Part shown: positions 24,185 to 34,189 of the stretch, piece by piece
How the letters are laid out: the number at the start of each line of letters is the position of its first letter
How positions within the stretch are numbered: the first letter of the stretch is position 1
IMG/VR virus record: IMGVR_UViG_3300027733_000059
Coordinates: 1-61,414 of that record
Length of the DNA: 61,414 nucleotides
From: a virus
Lineage: Duplodnaviria; Caudoviricetes
Strand: one strand, 5' to 3'
Position numbers and translations under genes: made by a program
The notes under the pieces: model-generated
The model's input: only the letters and a program-made list of their open reading frames with translations
Database searches by the model: none
Told to the model about the DNA's origin: nothing

Positions 24185-24369
24185 TTTGACTCCAATTTTT
24201 CCAATGTATTTGCATCTTCGGATACTAAGTGACTTGCAACAGAATTCACATCTCTTTTGATTTCATACCATTTCACAGCCTTACCGTTTGTTGGATTTTT
24301 AGTCATCACGCCATAAACAAAAGCAGGTGTTCCATTCCAAAGGACTTTCTCGCCTTTCTTAAATTTCAT
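24181..24369 (-). CDS. Hypothetical protein
   Basis: 62 aa; ATGA-coupled. Confidence 0.55.
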   Translation of the reverse strand: MKFKKGEKVLWNGTPAFVYGVMTKNPTNGKAVKWYEIKRDVNSVASHLVSEDANTLEKLESK

Positions 24370-25031
24370 TTTTTCACCTCACATATAACCTCGGATTCAC
24401 CGCGACCATTTAGAAAAGCGATGATGTCTGACTTTGGAATTTCTCTCTCTAAGATAATTCCTTCTTTGCTAAATCTGTTAGCAAAGAATTCTGCTTTTTT
24501 CTTATCCAGGGTCCAGGACAGACCGTTTTCATTTACCCCTGCTTGGCATCCTCGATAGATAGTTACCAACTCAGGTAAAGATTGCAGAAGATTGAATTCT
24601 TCTTCATTCATCAAATAATGACGGCTTGGACGATTCGATGAAAGCAACTGCTTCCACTTATCAATACCTTGCCATTGGTTTTCTGTGTCTGTCCATATAT
24701 CAGATAGCAAAGACCAATATTGCGTATCGGATAATTTATTCTCAATCAAAGAAAAAGCATTTAAACGATATGGGCGTTCGTGCAAGAAAATATAACTGGA
24801 GTATTTATTGTTTGCCAAAGCCTCTTTGACCGCTTTAACTTTTTGTTCGTATAAAGCGTTGGCGTGACCGTTGCTCCACAACGGAACTGCATAGACCAAT
24901 GGATGACGCAATTGAGGTCCTATGGCGCCATCTTCAAGATAAGGCTGTAAGTCAGGGTGCAACTCTTCAGTCGAAGCCATTACTTTTGCATATTCCAAAA
25001 CTGCATCTAGGTTAGGTATTGATTGACTCAT
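24366..25031 (-). CDS. Protein with a C-terminal ADP-ribosyltransferase-like R-S-E motif set
   Basis: TIYRG...GLSWTLD...RGESEVI. Confidence 0.55.
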   Translation of the reverse strand: MSQSIPNLDAVLEYAKVMASTEELHPDLQPYLEDGAIGPQLRHPLVYAVPLWSNGHANALYEQKVKAVKEALANNKYSSYIFLHERPYRLNAFSLIENKLSDTQYWSLLSDIWTDTENQWQGIDKWKQLLSSNRPSRHYLMNEEEFNLLQSLPELVTIYRGCQAGVNENGLSWTLDKKKAEFFANRFSKEGIILEREIPKSDIIAFLNGRGESEVICEVKK

Positions 25032-25879
25032 TAGTTCCCCCTCTTCTTGTACTTATTTTCCAGTATTTTCAACTGCTGGTCAAATGACACGCCGTTCTTT
25101 TCTGCAAGATTTCTAACAATCAAGTCAGCAATCTCTTGAGCGAAAGCGATTTCATCCTTTTGCTTTTGGATGCTTTCCTCGCTGTGCGCTTCACCGCTGT
25201 AGTAGTGAGTCACAACTTCTCTTTCAATTGTCCATTGAAGGTTGAACCATTCAGTAACCGCTGAACGCTCTGTCTTGATAACTCTTGTGTACTTACCCTC
25301 TTTGTAAGTCAAGAATTCGCCTGACGCTGTTGGAGCGTTTGCCTTTTCCTTGGCGATTCGTGCAACCTTTTTTGCATCGCGCTCTGCTTTTGCAGCAGCC
25401 TTAGCAACCTTGTCCGCTGTCACGATTCGTGATGGACGGTTCAAGACATCGGCTGGAGCAGATGGATAACAAACTGTGCAAGCATCCTGACCCGCATCCT
25501 CAACGATTGTTTTCTCATCGTCGTTGCTGTACTGGACTAACCAGTTGTAACGAGTAGTTGGGAAGCAAGTTGAGCAATCCATTGAACTGTGGACGTGACC
25601 GTTGCTGTTGATTACCAAGAACGCTCTTGTCCAAGGGTCTTGGTTGTAAATCGCATTTAACTTTGAGATTTCGACATTGACTTTGAAAATTTCTGACTTA
25701 ATCTTTGCGACCTTTTCAATAGATTCTTGAATCTTTTCTACTGAAGTTGGGTAATACTTCTCGTAGAACTTGATTGAATCTTCAGCGCTCTCTAACTTGC
25801 TGACCAAATCCCAGCGCTTGTCGTACCAAGATGACAACTCTGTATCAATCTTGACCGCGAACTCTTTTGTCACGCTCAT
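25031..25879 (-). CDS. Hypothetical protein with Cys/His metal-binding motifs
   Basis: GHVHSSMDCSTC...ACTVCYPSAP; GAGAGGAG RBS. Confidence 0.7.
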   Translation of the reverse strand: MSVTKEFAVKIDTELSSWYDKRWDLVSKLESAEDSIKFYEKYYPTSVEKIQESIEKVAKIKSEIFKVNVEISKLNAIYNQDPWTRAFLVINSNGHVHSSMDCSTCFPTTRYNWLVQYSNDDEKTIVEDAGQDACTVCYPSAPADVLNRPSRIVTADKVAKAAAKAERDAKKVARIAKEKANAPTASGEFLTYKEGKYTRVIKTERSAVTEWFNLQWTIEREVVTHYYSGEAHSEESIQKQKDEIAFAQEIADLIVRNLAEKNGVSFDQQLKILENKYKKRGN

Positions 25880-25982
25880 TGGGTCTCCTCTCTCATTTAC
25901 AACCCCAGTTTAGCATAGTTTAGCCAATTGGTACAATAAGAGCCTGTCGTGTCCTTTGTGACCCTCGTTCAAAGGGTCCAAA

Positions 25983-28217
25983 TTGCGCTTTTTCCGCATA
26001 ATCACGGTCTGCTTCCTAGTCTTTTGGTGGGCTGTTTTGCCTACCGACTCAGCCTCGGCAGTATGTGTGACGACGGCTGAATCCGTCGCTATTGCCTCCG
26101 ACGCTGCAACAGTTTTAGCGTCATCGGATTCGGCTACGGCGACCTCAACTCCAATAATCGTCCAAGATACCTGTGGAGGCGATGATGTCTCTTACCAAGT
26201 GGCATTGCCAACAGCGGTCAATTTCCAGGGCGTCGAATACACGGCTGTTTATGCCACAACAAACTCAACAATTGTTTTTGGTCAGATAGATAACGATTAC
26301 GCCAACTATCCCAATACGCCTTCGATTTCTGTTAATGCTTATGATTGGGTTGTCCTTGACCCTGCTAATCCAAATCCAACAAACTCTTATCCTGCTGGAT
26401 GGAGAGCAGCGGATGAGCATTTAATTATTACTTCTAGTCAAGCAGGGTTTCAAGTTGATTTAGCCGTGCGCCCTTATGGACAAAATGCTTCAGCCAATCC
26501 TTTATCGACAATCGTTGTTACTGCATCTATTAACGCAGATAGCACTTTAACGATTACTTATCTTTCAGATGTTCAACAAGGATTAAATACTCGAACAGGC
26601 GTTCGTTTGCCCGATGGTCGTGTCGTTAGTTTAGAAGAGGCGGGTCTAACTCGGGTTTATGTTGCTCCTGTTGTAACTGCTGAGGCAATTGTTGAGCCGA
26701 CCCCAACACCCAGCCCCAGCCCTTCGATAGAGCCGACTCCTGAGCCTTCTCCGACATCTGAGCCTTCTCCATCTCCGAGCGTTGAGCCAACGCCGACTCC
26801 AACTGCTGAACCTTCACCTTCTCCCACACCAACTGAGAGCGCAAGTCCTCAACCTCAACCAACATCGGAACCATCGGCTTCACCGACTCCAATCCCTGAA
26901 CCTTCGCCAACTCCGACTGCTCAACCTCAACCGACCCAGGGACCTGCGCCGTCCATACCTGAACCCACACCATCGCCTACTCCTTCACCTGATACCAATA
27001 CAACAGCGCCAGTACAGCCAACGCCACAGCCAACCCCAATGCCATCTCCTACCCCAACTCCAATTCCGTCACCTGAACCAAGTCCCTCACCAAGCCCTGT
27101 TCCGAATCCAGTCGATACCCCTTCGGTAGCGCCGACTCCCGTGCCTGTTCCTGAACCCAGCCCTGAGCCTTCTCCTGTTCCTGAACCCACACCGAATCCG
27201 ATTGTTCGACCTGAGCCAAGTCCAAATCCCGTAGAGCCACCCGCACCTGTCCCTGAACCTGAACCGCTCCCCGAGCCTGAGCCAACTGCTCCGCCCGTTG
27301 AAGAACCTGCACCTGAACCGATTGAACCCCCAGCGGAAACTGTCCCGCCAGGTCCCACACCCGAACCGCTACCACCTACTGAACAGCCAATCGAAGAACC
27401 ATTGCCACCAGCAGAAGAACCGCCGTTACCTCAAGAACCCGAAATGCAAGAGCCACCTGTCGAGGAACCACCTGCTCCCGAACCACCAGCCGAAGAACCA
27501 CCAGCACCAATCCCAGCAGAGCCAGCGCCACAAAGTCCGTCCACAGAATCATCTGAAACCTCCGAATTAGTAAATGACATTACTGAAGATGGAAAGATTA
27601 CACCCGCTGATGTTGAAGCGGTAGTTGATTCATTGATGGCGGATGGAAAAGTTAGCCAAGCCGAAGCAACTGCCTTGATTGAAACTTTAAGCAAAAGCGG
27701 TCCTCTTAACACAGCCGAGAAAGACCTTATTGTTTCCGTCCTTGATGCGGATGGAAAGATAACTCAAGCAGAAGTTAATAATCTTTCAGAGAATCTTTCA
27801 TCTGATGGAAAATTTACATCTGCCGAAAGAGAGTTTGTTGCAGATGTACTTATTGAAGCAGCAAACGGTGAAGCCGTAACTGTTGAATCAATTGCCGATG
27901 CTGGAATCTCGTTAGAAGATTTACCTGACGAGCAACCTGTTGAAGTTCGCCAGGATGAAAATGGTAACGAGGTTGTTATTACAGCCGAGGTTGCTGTTGC
28001 TTTAGAACTGCTTACCTCAGCAGCAGATATTGTTTCAGCAATCTTTGAAAGCCCAGGACAATTGCTCTTCGCTATCGGAAACCTTGGGGCAGATATGTCT
28101 CCTGAAGAACGCGAAGAGGCAAGTAAAACAGTTATTGCTGCAACAATCATCGGCAATATTGCTACCACTACAATTGCTACCGCCATTGGTGGCATTGGAT
28201 ATAGGAGACCAAATTGA
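25983..28217 (+). CDS. Exported or membrane-anchored protein with a long Pro-rich stalk
   Basis: Signal-peptide-like N-terminus; globular domain; ~280 aa of PT/PS/PE repeats; DGK[IV][TS] repeats; hydrophobic C-terminus ending RRPN. Confidence 0.8.
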   Translation: MRFFRIITVCFLVFWWAVLPTDSASAVCVTTAESVAIASDAATVLASSDSATATSTPIIVQDTCGGDDVSYQVALPTAVNFQGVEYTAVYATTNSTIVFGQIDNDYANYPNTPSISVNAYDWVVLDPANPNPTNSYPAGWRAADEHLIITSSQAGFQVDLAVRPYGQNASANPLSTIVVTASINADSTLTITYLSDVQQGLNTRTGVRLPDGRVVSLEEAGLTRVYVAPVVTAEAIVEPTPTPSPSPSIEPTPEPSPTSEPSPSPSVEPTPTPTAEPSPSPTPTESASPQPQPTSEPSASPTPIPEPSPTPTAQPQPTQGPAPSIPEPTPSPTPSPDTNTTAPVQPTPQPTPMPSPTPTPIPSPEPSPSPSPVPNPVDTPSVAPTPVPVPEPSPEPSPVPEPTPNPIVRPEPSPNPVEPPAPVPEPEPLPEPEPTAPPVEEPAPEPIEPPAETVPPGPTPEPLPPTEQPIEEPLPPAEEPPLPQEPEMQEPPVEEPPAPEPPAEEPPAPIPAEPAPQSPSTESSETSELVNDITEDGKITPADVEAVVDSLMADGKVSQAEATALIETLSKSGPLNTAEKDLIVSVLDADGKITQAEVNNLSENLSSDGKFTSAEREFVADVLIEAANGEAVTVESIADAGISLEDLPDEQPVEVRQDENGNEVVITAEVAVALELLTSAADIVSAIFESPGQLLFAIGNLGADMSPEEREEASKTVIAATIIGNIATTTIATAIGGIGYRRPN

Positions 28218-28384
28218 AAAACTTTTTGAATGACATCATCGGACAAATATGGACGATGCTAGGAATGTTTGTTGCCTGGATTCTTGTTGATGGTGTTGCC
28301 AAAAATATCGTTGGCTATGCAATCCTAATTACTTTTGGCGTTTGGGTTCTGACTTACCCTCTTCGCCGTCAGAAGGAAGATTAA
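28214..28384 (+). CDS. Unannotated 56-aa two-TM membrane protein
   Basis: TTG start overlapping the previous TGA, AGGAG RBS; [25 protein letters not shown]... Confidence 0.65.
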   Translation: MKNFLNDIIGQIWTMLGMFVAWILVDGVAKNIVGYAILITFGVWVLTYPLRRQKED

Positions 28385-28622
28385 CTTCTTCTGATTTAGC
28401 AAAAGGACTAAACGCTCCGTTGATTTCATCGAGCGTTAGTTTTCCGTCGTCAAGATATTCACGGGCTAGTCGCTCTGCAACTGAGGCGACAGCCAACAGC
28501 CCTGCCATCGATAGGGCTACCCAAGCATCAATTCCCACAATAGCCCCAGCGCCCAAGGTGCCTAGTGCGCCAACGGTGAAAACAGCCACCATTCGGCTCA
28601 GGATGTCTTGGAATTTACGCAT
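28329..28622 (-). CDS. Small membrane protein
   Basis: Two hydrophobic segments then DDGKLTLDEIN; TAAACT 7 nt before ATG (leaderless). Confidence 0.65.
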   Translation of the reverse strand: MRKFQDILSRMVAVFTVGALGTLGAGAIVGIDAWVALSMAGLLAVASVAERLAREYLDDGKLTLDEINGAFSPFAKSEEVNLPSDGEEGKSEPKRQK

Positions 28623-28710
28623 AGAGCCTAGTTTAGCGCACGACTTTTACCCCTTTCTAAGTTGAATATACAACCCCAGTCGTGTATACTGGATATGTAA
28701 GAGAGAGGAG

Positions 28711-28851
28711 ATGCCCGTGGTGGTCTGCGTGAAGTGCGGAGTTTCTATCGGTCAGTTTGAAGTCTTTCCTGGACAAGTCTGCGTGAAATGTTATGCAGTC
28801 GAATTTGAAAAGGAATTTCAAAGCGCTATTAAAATTGGGAGGTTCAAGTAA
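28711..28851 (+). CDS. Small CxxC...CxxC protein
   Basis: Follows TTGAAT-17-TATACT and GAGAGGAG; CVKC twice. Confidence 0.55.
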   Translation: MPVVVCVKCGVSIGQFEVFPGQVCVKCYAVEFEKEFQSAIKIGRFK

Positions 28852-29165
28852 TGAGTCTTGATTACAAAGGATTTGAGTGGGGCAACAGAATTACCTCCGA
28901 TGAGGATTCTGTCGATAGATTCCTTCACGAAGGTTTGGTGCCTGAATCACCATCAATCGGTGACTTGCACGGGGCTGCTGAATGGTTGGCTACTTATGCT
29001 GCCGAAACTGCCGAGGATGCCCAGGGCTGGGCGAATGTCGTCGCCTTCTTAATCTTGACTGCGGAATCAAAGCAAAAGCGTTCAGCGGTTGCTCAGGCGA
29101 AGAGAGAGTTTGCAAAGGAAAAAGGAATTCCTGTGTCCCAGGTCAGAATTAACAGGAATTACTAA
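28851..29165 (+). CDS. Hypothetical early protein
   Basis: 104 aa; GGAGG RBS. Confidence 0.65.
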   Translation: MSLDYKGFEWGNRITSDEDSVDRFLHEGLVPESPSIGDLHGAAEWLATYAAETAEDAQGWANVVAFLILTAESKQKRSAVAQAKREFAKEKGIPVSQVRINRNY

Positions 29166-29210
29166 CCCCCGTGGTATAATTGGTATACAACCTAGAGAGA
29201 GGTCAGATAA

Positions 29211-29561
29211 ATGAGTAAAGTAAAAGTAACTTGGAAGGCTTTTGGAGATAAGCCTGAGATTGGTCGCTTCATTAGTTCTGTTGAATTCGAAACTGAATTC
29301 GCAATTAACGATGAAAACCGTGACAAGTTCTTAGGAGTTATTTACCACAATACAAATACATATTCAGGAAACTTATGGCAGATTATTGAGCCAAAGTTAT
29401 CTGCAACTCGTACTCACACATCAATCTCAATTGGTGACGAAATCGAAATCGACGGTCAGGTTTACGTCTGCGCTGATTTTGGATTCGAGAAGATTGAAGA
29501 TGTCGAAATCAAAAAGTTCGGAGAATCTGTTTTCTCTGTGTCACGAAAGGTAGGTGTCTAA
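29211..29561 (+). CDS. Hypothetical early protein
   Basis: TATAAT promoter, GAGAGAGG RBS; HTSISIGD motif. Confidence 0.65.
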   Translation: MSKVKVTWKAFGDKPEIGRFISSVEFETEFAINDENRDKFLGVIYHNTNTYSGNLWQIIEPKLSATRTHTSISIGDEIEIDGQVYVCADFGFEKIEDVEIKKFGESVFSVSRKVGV

Positions 29562-29890
29562 TGTCAGAATTCACAAGCCGTCCGTTCGATGAGGACCAAC
29601 TAATTGCTCAGATAGGTCGTATGAATATCTTTGCAATCTCAGGTGGTCGTGTCGGCGTTATTCGAGAAAATGGCGAAACAGTCGGAATCGAATTGCCAGT
29701 TTCAAATGGATACCGCGTCTCAATCAAATTAGGTTGGGATGACACTTGGACAGTCAGCCGTCAATTTGTCCGTGCAGGTGTTGTTTTTGATAAGGGGACT
29801 CTAAGGAGTGTCTATGCAGACCAAGTGGGCGAGATTGCTTACCAAGCATCTTGCTTCAGAAATGTCGAATTTGGAAAGGTGGATGCGTAA
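29561..29890 (+). CDS. Hypothetical early protein
   Basis: QIGRMNIFAISGGR; coupled. Confidence 0.65.
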   Translation: MSEFTSRPFDEDQLIAQIGRMNIFAISGGRVGVIRENGETVGIELPVSNGYRVSIKLGWDDTWTVSRQFVRAGVVFDKGTLRSVYADQVGEIAYQASCFRNVEFGKVDA

Positions 29891-30056
29891 TGGGGTTAAA
29901 TCAAGCACCGAAGTTTTTATTCAAATGTACGGATTGCGATTATCACGCCACAGTCAAAGGGCTATGGGCAGTAATAACTCGTTATCCCGACCAAAGTGTT
30001 TATTCGTTTCTTTGTGTCACTTGTGATGCAAACAAGGAAGAAAAGGTGGTTGCGTA

Positions 30057-30299
30057 ATGAAATTTCTTACTTACATCAAGGCTCCAAACACAACAAACGG
30101 AAATCCTCAGCGTGGATGGATTCTTTCCGATGCAACTGGCAACTTCGAACGATTCATCGACGAAGGCTACGAAGGTCGTGGAGCCATTGCTAAAGAATTG
30201 TGGGAAGGCGCTCAAGAGGTAAACAGCGGTTATGGAATCTTGGTTCCATCAACTGAATACAAGCGTTGGAAGAAAATGAAATCGGAGGTAGCAATATGA
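30057..30299 (+). CDS. Hypothetical protein
   Basis: NGNPQRGW...IDEGYEG. Confidence 0.6.
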   Translation: MKFLTYIKAPNTTNGNPQRGWILSDATGNFERFIDEGYEGRGAIAKELWEGAQEVNSGYGILVPSTEYKRWKKMKSEVAI

Positions 30300-30610
30300 G
30301 TCAAGCATCAATGTCTTGGTCAGAGTTAGCAGAATTAACTCACGCCACACAGGTTGAGAAGTTTAACTTTTGCACCTGTGAAGATAACGAAGGCAACGAG
30401 AATCCTTACAAAGATTGCCCACCTCAAAAGCCATATGACCGCGTAAGCGCGATTATCGCTTTTGAATCAGGCGAACTTGATGGAGACAAAGTTGTTGAAT
30501 TGTTTCAGCACTTAGTAGACACAGGGCTTGCGTGGCAACTCCAGGGTCACTACGGGCGCACAGCAATGGCACTTATCGAGCAAGGTCTAGTCAGCAAGGG
30601 AGGCAAGTAA
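30266..30610 (+). CDS. Hypothetical protein (probable start MSQAS)
   Basis: C-terminal FQHLVDTGLAWQLQGHYGRTA motif; GGAGG RBS. Confidence 0.6.
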   Translation: MEENEIGGSNMSQASMSWSELAELTHATQVEKFNFCTCEDNEGNENPYKDCPPQKPYDRVSAIIAFESGELDGDKVVELFQHLVDTGLAWQLQGHYGRTAMALIEQGLVSKGGK

Positions 30611-31191
30611 TGAGCGAGACAATTACAAAGTGTGCAGATTGCGAGACAGTCATCAATGACGATGATGGTTATGCAATTTCAGATATGACTGAAAAGACAT
30701 TCTGCTATGACTGCGAACAATCAGACCTAGAAAATTGCTCAACTCTTCTCAAGGTCCACGGTAATCACGAAGCCGAAAAAGTTATCTTTGGTAGCGACTT
30801 CTCGCGTGGTGACGATGGAGAATCCCCTGATTGGTTCTATCAACTCTTTGGAGAAAACAAAGGTCGCAAGTATGTGCAGACAAGCGGATGGCGTGGTCAT
30901 TACGAAACCGTCAAGAACTTTGAAGGTATGACCGTTTTAGCATCAGGTTGGACAACTGGCTGGGCAGATGAATTTCATCAGCGTAAGGCTTTATTCAACG
31001 AGTTTGCAGAGCATCTATGCGAGAACTTCTATGGCGCTGTTGCTCCTACCTACTTTTTGTCAGAGCCAACGTCTAATGTTTTCTCAACAGGTATTGATTT
31101 CTTCTGCGCTACAAAAGATGTCGAGAAGGTAACTGCTTGGCTCGAGGAGATTGGGTATCCAGTCGAGAAGTTAAAGGAGTGGTTATCGTGA
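30532..31191 (+). CDS. Hypothetical protein with N-terminal CxxC pairs (probable start MSETI)
   Basis: CADC...CYDC; GGAGG RBS. Confidence 0.6.
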   Translation: MATPGSLRAHSNGTYRARSSQQGRQVMSETITKCADCETVINDDDGYAISDMTEKTFCYDCEQSDLENCSTLLKVHGNHEAEKVIFGSDFSRGDDGESPDWFYQLFGENKGRKYVQTSGWRGHYETVKNFEGMTVLASGWTTGWADEFHQRKALFNEFAEHLCENFYGAVAPTYFLSEPTSNVFSTGIDFFCATKDVEKVTAWLEEIGYPVEKLKEWLS

Positions 31192-31412
31192 GACCAGTAG
31201 AACAATTAGAAAAGCAAAAGGATGCTGCAATGAGAATGAGCCAATCTCCTTGTAAATGTCTTGTTTACCATCCAGCACCAAACACAATAGATTTTGAGAA
31301 TCTATACAAAGAATGGGTTGGCAATGGTTCCGCAATTTCAAAAAGCGAGCGACAGAATCGTTCTGCCTTGCTTGCTCAACTAATCGCCAATTGTCCTTAT
31401 CAACAAAAATAA
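31137..31412 (+). CDS. Hypothetical protein
   Basis: ORF in operon; probable GTG start overlapping the previous stop. Confidence 0.45.
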   Translation: MARGDWVSSREVKGVVIVRPVEQLEKQKDAAMRMSQSPCKCLVYHPAPNTIDFENLYKEWVGNGSAISKSERQNRSALLAQLIANCPYQQK

Positions 31413-31448
31413 GGTAAACTGGGGTTTAATATAGAGGGAGGGATAAAT

Positions 31449-32375
31449 ATGGAACACGCAATAATTGTTCATTCGCCTGAATACGCGAACTGGATATTCG
31501 ATAAGTCGCACCCTACACAGGGACGACGATTTCTTCACGGGCGCAATCAGATTATGTTGGAGGCTCAAAAGCGCCATCTCAACGTAGATGAAATCCATCC
31601 TGAAATGCCACACACCGATGACCTATTGCTTGTTCACGACCCAATCTATGTTCACGATGTCACCATCAAAGGTGAATCAGATGAATGGGATGGTCAGCGT
31701 CACGACCTTGGTGAATTAGCAAAGTTATTTGTCGGCGGTACTTTAACTGCCCTGGATGTTTTGCTTGATAAGAAAACTTTGCTTGCTATTAACTTGGCAG
31801 GTGCAAAGCATCACGCGATGCGTGATTACTCAAGCGGATTCTGCATCTTTGCTGACTTTGCTATCGCTGCAACGAAGGCAACTGAATTAGGCGAGCGCGT
31901 AGCAATCTTTGATATTGATGCCCACCACGGCGACGGTACCGAGATGTTACTTAAGTCTAATAAAAATGTTATGACATTCTCGGTTCACCAATACGGAATC
32001 TTTCCAGGCACGGGTTTAATATCCGATTACAAAAATCGCGCCTATAACTTTCCGCTTACACACGGTTCAACAGACGAAGATTTAATGTCTGCAACTGAAG
32101 CCTTCTTCGAGGCTTGCGATGAATTCAAGCCTACGATGATTTTCGTAGCGTGTGGAGCGGACGGTCTCAAGGATGACCCGCTAAGCGAACTCGCTTACAC
32201 ACCAGCGGGCTATTGGAGGTCACTCCGAGCCGTTAGAGAGCAATTCCACGATATGCCCATCCTTCTAGGTGGGGCGGGTGGTTACTTGCCTGATACGGGA
32301 ACTCCCGAGGTTTGGCGTAATGCAATGCTCGCGCTTACGGCGGTTCAAACCGAGGTAGTTATTCCCGACTTGTAG
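31449..32375 (+). CDS. Zn-dependent lysine deacetylase (HDAC/AcuC family)
   Basis: GAKHHA...SGFCIF...DIDAHHGDG...HQYGIFPGTG...GADGLKDDPL...GGY. Confidence 0.92.
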   Translation: MEHAIIVHSPEYANWIFDKSHPTQGRRFLHGRNQIMLEAQKRHLNVDEIHPEMPHTDDLLLVHDPIYVHDVTIKGESDEWDGQRHDLGELAKLFVGGTLTALDVLLDKKTLLAINLAGAKHHAMRDYSSGFCIFADFAIAATKATELGERVAIFDIDAHHGDGTEMLLKSNKNVMTFSVHQYGIFPGTGLISDYKNRAYNFPLTHGSTDEDLMSATEAFFEACDEFKPTMIFVACGADGLKDDPLSELAYTPAGYWRSLRAVREQFHDMPILLGGAGGYLPDTGTPEVWRNAMLALTAVQTEVVIPDL

Positions 32376-32385
32376 ACTACGGGCT

Positions 32386-32946
32386 ATGACAACTCTCGTC
32401 GGTATCCAGGGACGCAATTGGGCGCTCTTGGGTGCCGACACTCGCATTGCAGATGATTCAACAATTTACAGAATGGCAAAAGGTCATTCGAAAATTATTG
32501 AACACGATAACTTTACAATCGCGTGTGCAGGTGATGTGCGAGCAATAAATATTTTGCAATCGCAACTCAAATTGCCTAAAACTTTTATTGCAAAAGATGA
32601 TGGACATTTCATAACTGGATTCCTTATCCCTGCAATGCGTAAGGCTTTTGCTGATGCGGGCTACGAGAAAACCTCGGAAGGGCAATCAAGCCACGAATCT
32701 GAATTTCTTATTGTTTACAACGGAAAGATTTATGAAGTCGGCTCTGATTATTCTTGGGTCCAAGATTCTCGCGGTATCTACGGACTTGGCTCAGGTGGGG
32801 CTATTGCTCTTGGTGCCTTGGCTTGCCTCAGCGGAGATTTAGTAACTCGAGCAGAGGCGCGTAAGTGGGCTACTAAGGCTCTCGAGATTGCTAGTGAATA
32901 TAACTCGGATACCGCTCCGCCGTTTCATATTGTAATTAAAGAATAA
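32386..32946 (+). CDS. Proteasome-beta/HslV-like Ntn hydrolase
   Basis: MTTLVG N-terminal Thr; GADTR; AGD; GSGG. Confidence 0.85.
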   Translation: MTTLVGIQGRNWALLGADTRIADDSTIYRMAKGHSKIIEHDNFTIACAGDVRAINILQSQLKLPKTFIAKDDGHFITGFLIPAMRKAFADAGYEKTSEGQSSHESEFLIVYNGKIYEVGSDYSWVQDSRGIYGLGSGGAIALGALACLSGDLVTRAEARKWATKALEIASEYNSDTAPPFHIVIKE

Positions 32947-32966
32947 TTCCTGTATCCTAACCCCAG

Positions 32967-33188
32967 TTGTATAAATGTACAACGGGAGAGGAACCTATGG
33001 ATACCAACGAAGTAAATCAAAAGTTTGATGACATCATTCAACCAAAAGTTATCAATCAAATTGTTAAACAAAGGCGTGAACCTGCAAAGTTCCCTGAACT
33101 GCGTTACCTATGGGGAATTACAGGGCTGGCTACTTTTGCCTTGCTAATGCTTGCTGCAATTGTTAGCACATTTCTTGAAGGGCTATAA
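32967..33188 (+). CDS. Small membrane protein (probable start MDTNE)
   Basis: C-terminal TM; GAGAGG RBS. Confidence 0.55.
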   Translation: MYKCTTGEEPMDTNEVNQKFDDIIQPKVINQIVKQRREPAKFPELRYLWGITGLATFALLMLAAIVSTFLEGL

Positions 33189-33377
33189 GTTAAATACTGC
33201 TTCAGGGTCATAAACCTCAAGGGCTTTCAATACGAGAGAGTCCTTGAGGTTTTTTGCGTGATGCCCACAAAAGTGTAATTCGCCCGATAAGAATGTTGCT
33301 CGGACTTTAGCCGTAGCAGGGCATCTGTCACACAATTGATTCGGCTGGATTGGCAGACGAATTATCGTGTCAGTCAT
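33183..33377 (-). CDS. Small Zn-binding protein
   Basis: CDRC...FCGHH. Confidence 0.65.
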   Translation of the reverse strand: MTDTIIRLPIQPNQLCDRCPATAKVRATFLSGELHFCGHHAKNLKDSLVLKALEVYDPEAVFNL

Positions 33378-33796
33378 TATTTTTTATTCTTGTCCGTAAT
33401 TGGTCCGCCGACAATCCAGGCTCGGCAGGTTCTCTTCGAGGCGCATTTGAAATCGAACGCTTCGCAATAACCCAACTCTCCAGCCTCAGCGACATCCCAG
33501 GCGGTCTCGCGGGTATCGCCTTGGGCTAATCCCCCCGTAATACATTCCTTCATCGTTGAAGTCTGAATGAACGCTGCACAGTTTCCACAGCGTTGCTTTT
33601 TGGCTTCAGCGGGCGATACAGACCATTCCTGGGCAATCTTGTCCCAATATGCGTTATTCGCCTCTGAGGGGTTGAGAGGACCGTAGGAGGCGTCGTCGAT
33701 GGCTTTCTTTCTGTTCTTAAGATTGACTCTTACATCCTGAGTCGCTGTTGGGCAAGATGCCTTTAATAGAGCGGAGACTGCTGGTGTAAGAGACAT
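33377..33796 (-). CDS. Cys-rich hypothetical protein
   Basis: CPTATQD...YGPLNP...RCGNCAAF...GYCEAFDFKCASKRTCRAW. Confidence 0.75.
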   Translation of the reverse strand: MSLTPAVSALLKASCPTATQDVRVNLKNRKKAIDDASYGPLNPSEANNAYWDKIAQEWSVSPAEAKKQRCGNCAAFIQTSTMKECITGGLAQGDTRETAWDVAEAGELGYCEAFDFKCASKRTCRAWIVGGPITDKNKK

Positions 33797-33812
33797 AAGC
33801 CAAGGGTATCAG

Positions 33813-33828
33813 GCGAACAGATGTTCGA
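33813..33828. promoter_or_regulatory. Candidate LexA (SOS) box
   Basis: GCGAAC-AGAT-GTTCGA vs the actinobacterial TCGAAC-N4-GTTCGA; adjoins the -10 of 33377..33796. Confidence 0.6.
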
Positions 33829-33889
33829 ATTGTGTACCCCAAAATTTAGACCTAAATTTAGACCTATTTTGGAATATTATTAACCCCAG

Positions 33890-34189
33890 TTGTGTTATAC
33901 TGGATGTACAAGGTCGAGAGAGGAAATCAAAATGACTCAGAAAGTAATCATCAAGGCGACAAACATCGCGCCTTACGGAAAAGGCTGGCAGATTAACGCG
34001 TTCGTAGACGGCGTTGAAACTGAAGCAACTTGGTACGGGGTTGCTAAGGAATATGCGATTGGTCAAGCAAAAGCAACAATCGAAAACTATGGCAAGTTAA
34101 ACAACGAGCCATACAAGGCTGAGGACGCAATCTTTAGCGAGGCTCAGAGACAAAAAGTATTGGCTCAATTCGAAAAGGTGGGGGCGTAA
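33890..34189 (+). CDS. Hypothetical early protein (probable start MTQKV)
   Basis: TATACT promoter, GAGAGAGG RBS. Confidence 0.6.
   Translation: MCYTGCTRSREEIKMTQKVIIKATNIAPYGKGWQINAFVDGVETEATWYGVAKEYAIGQAKATIENYGKLNNEPYKAEDAIFSEAQRQKVLAQFEKVGA

Noticed and set aside
26626-27712. Gly-rich antisense ORFs
   Set aside because: Shadows of the Pro-rich repeat on the + strand
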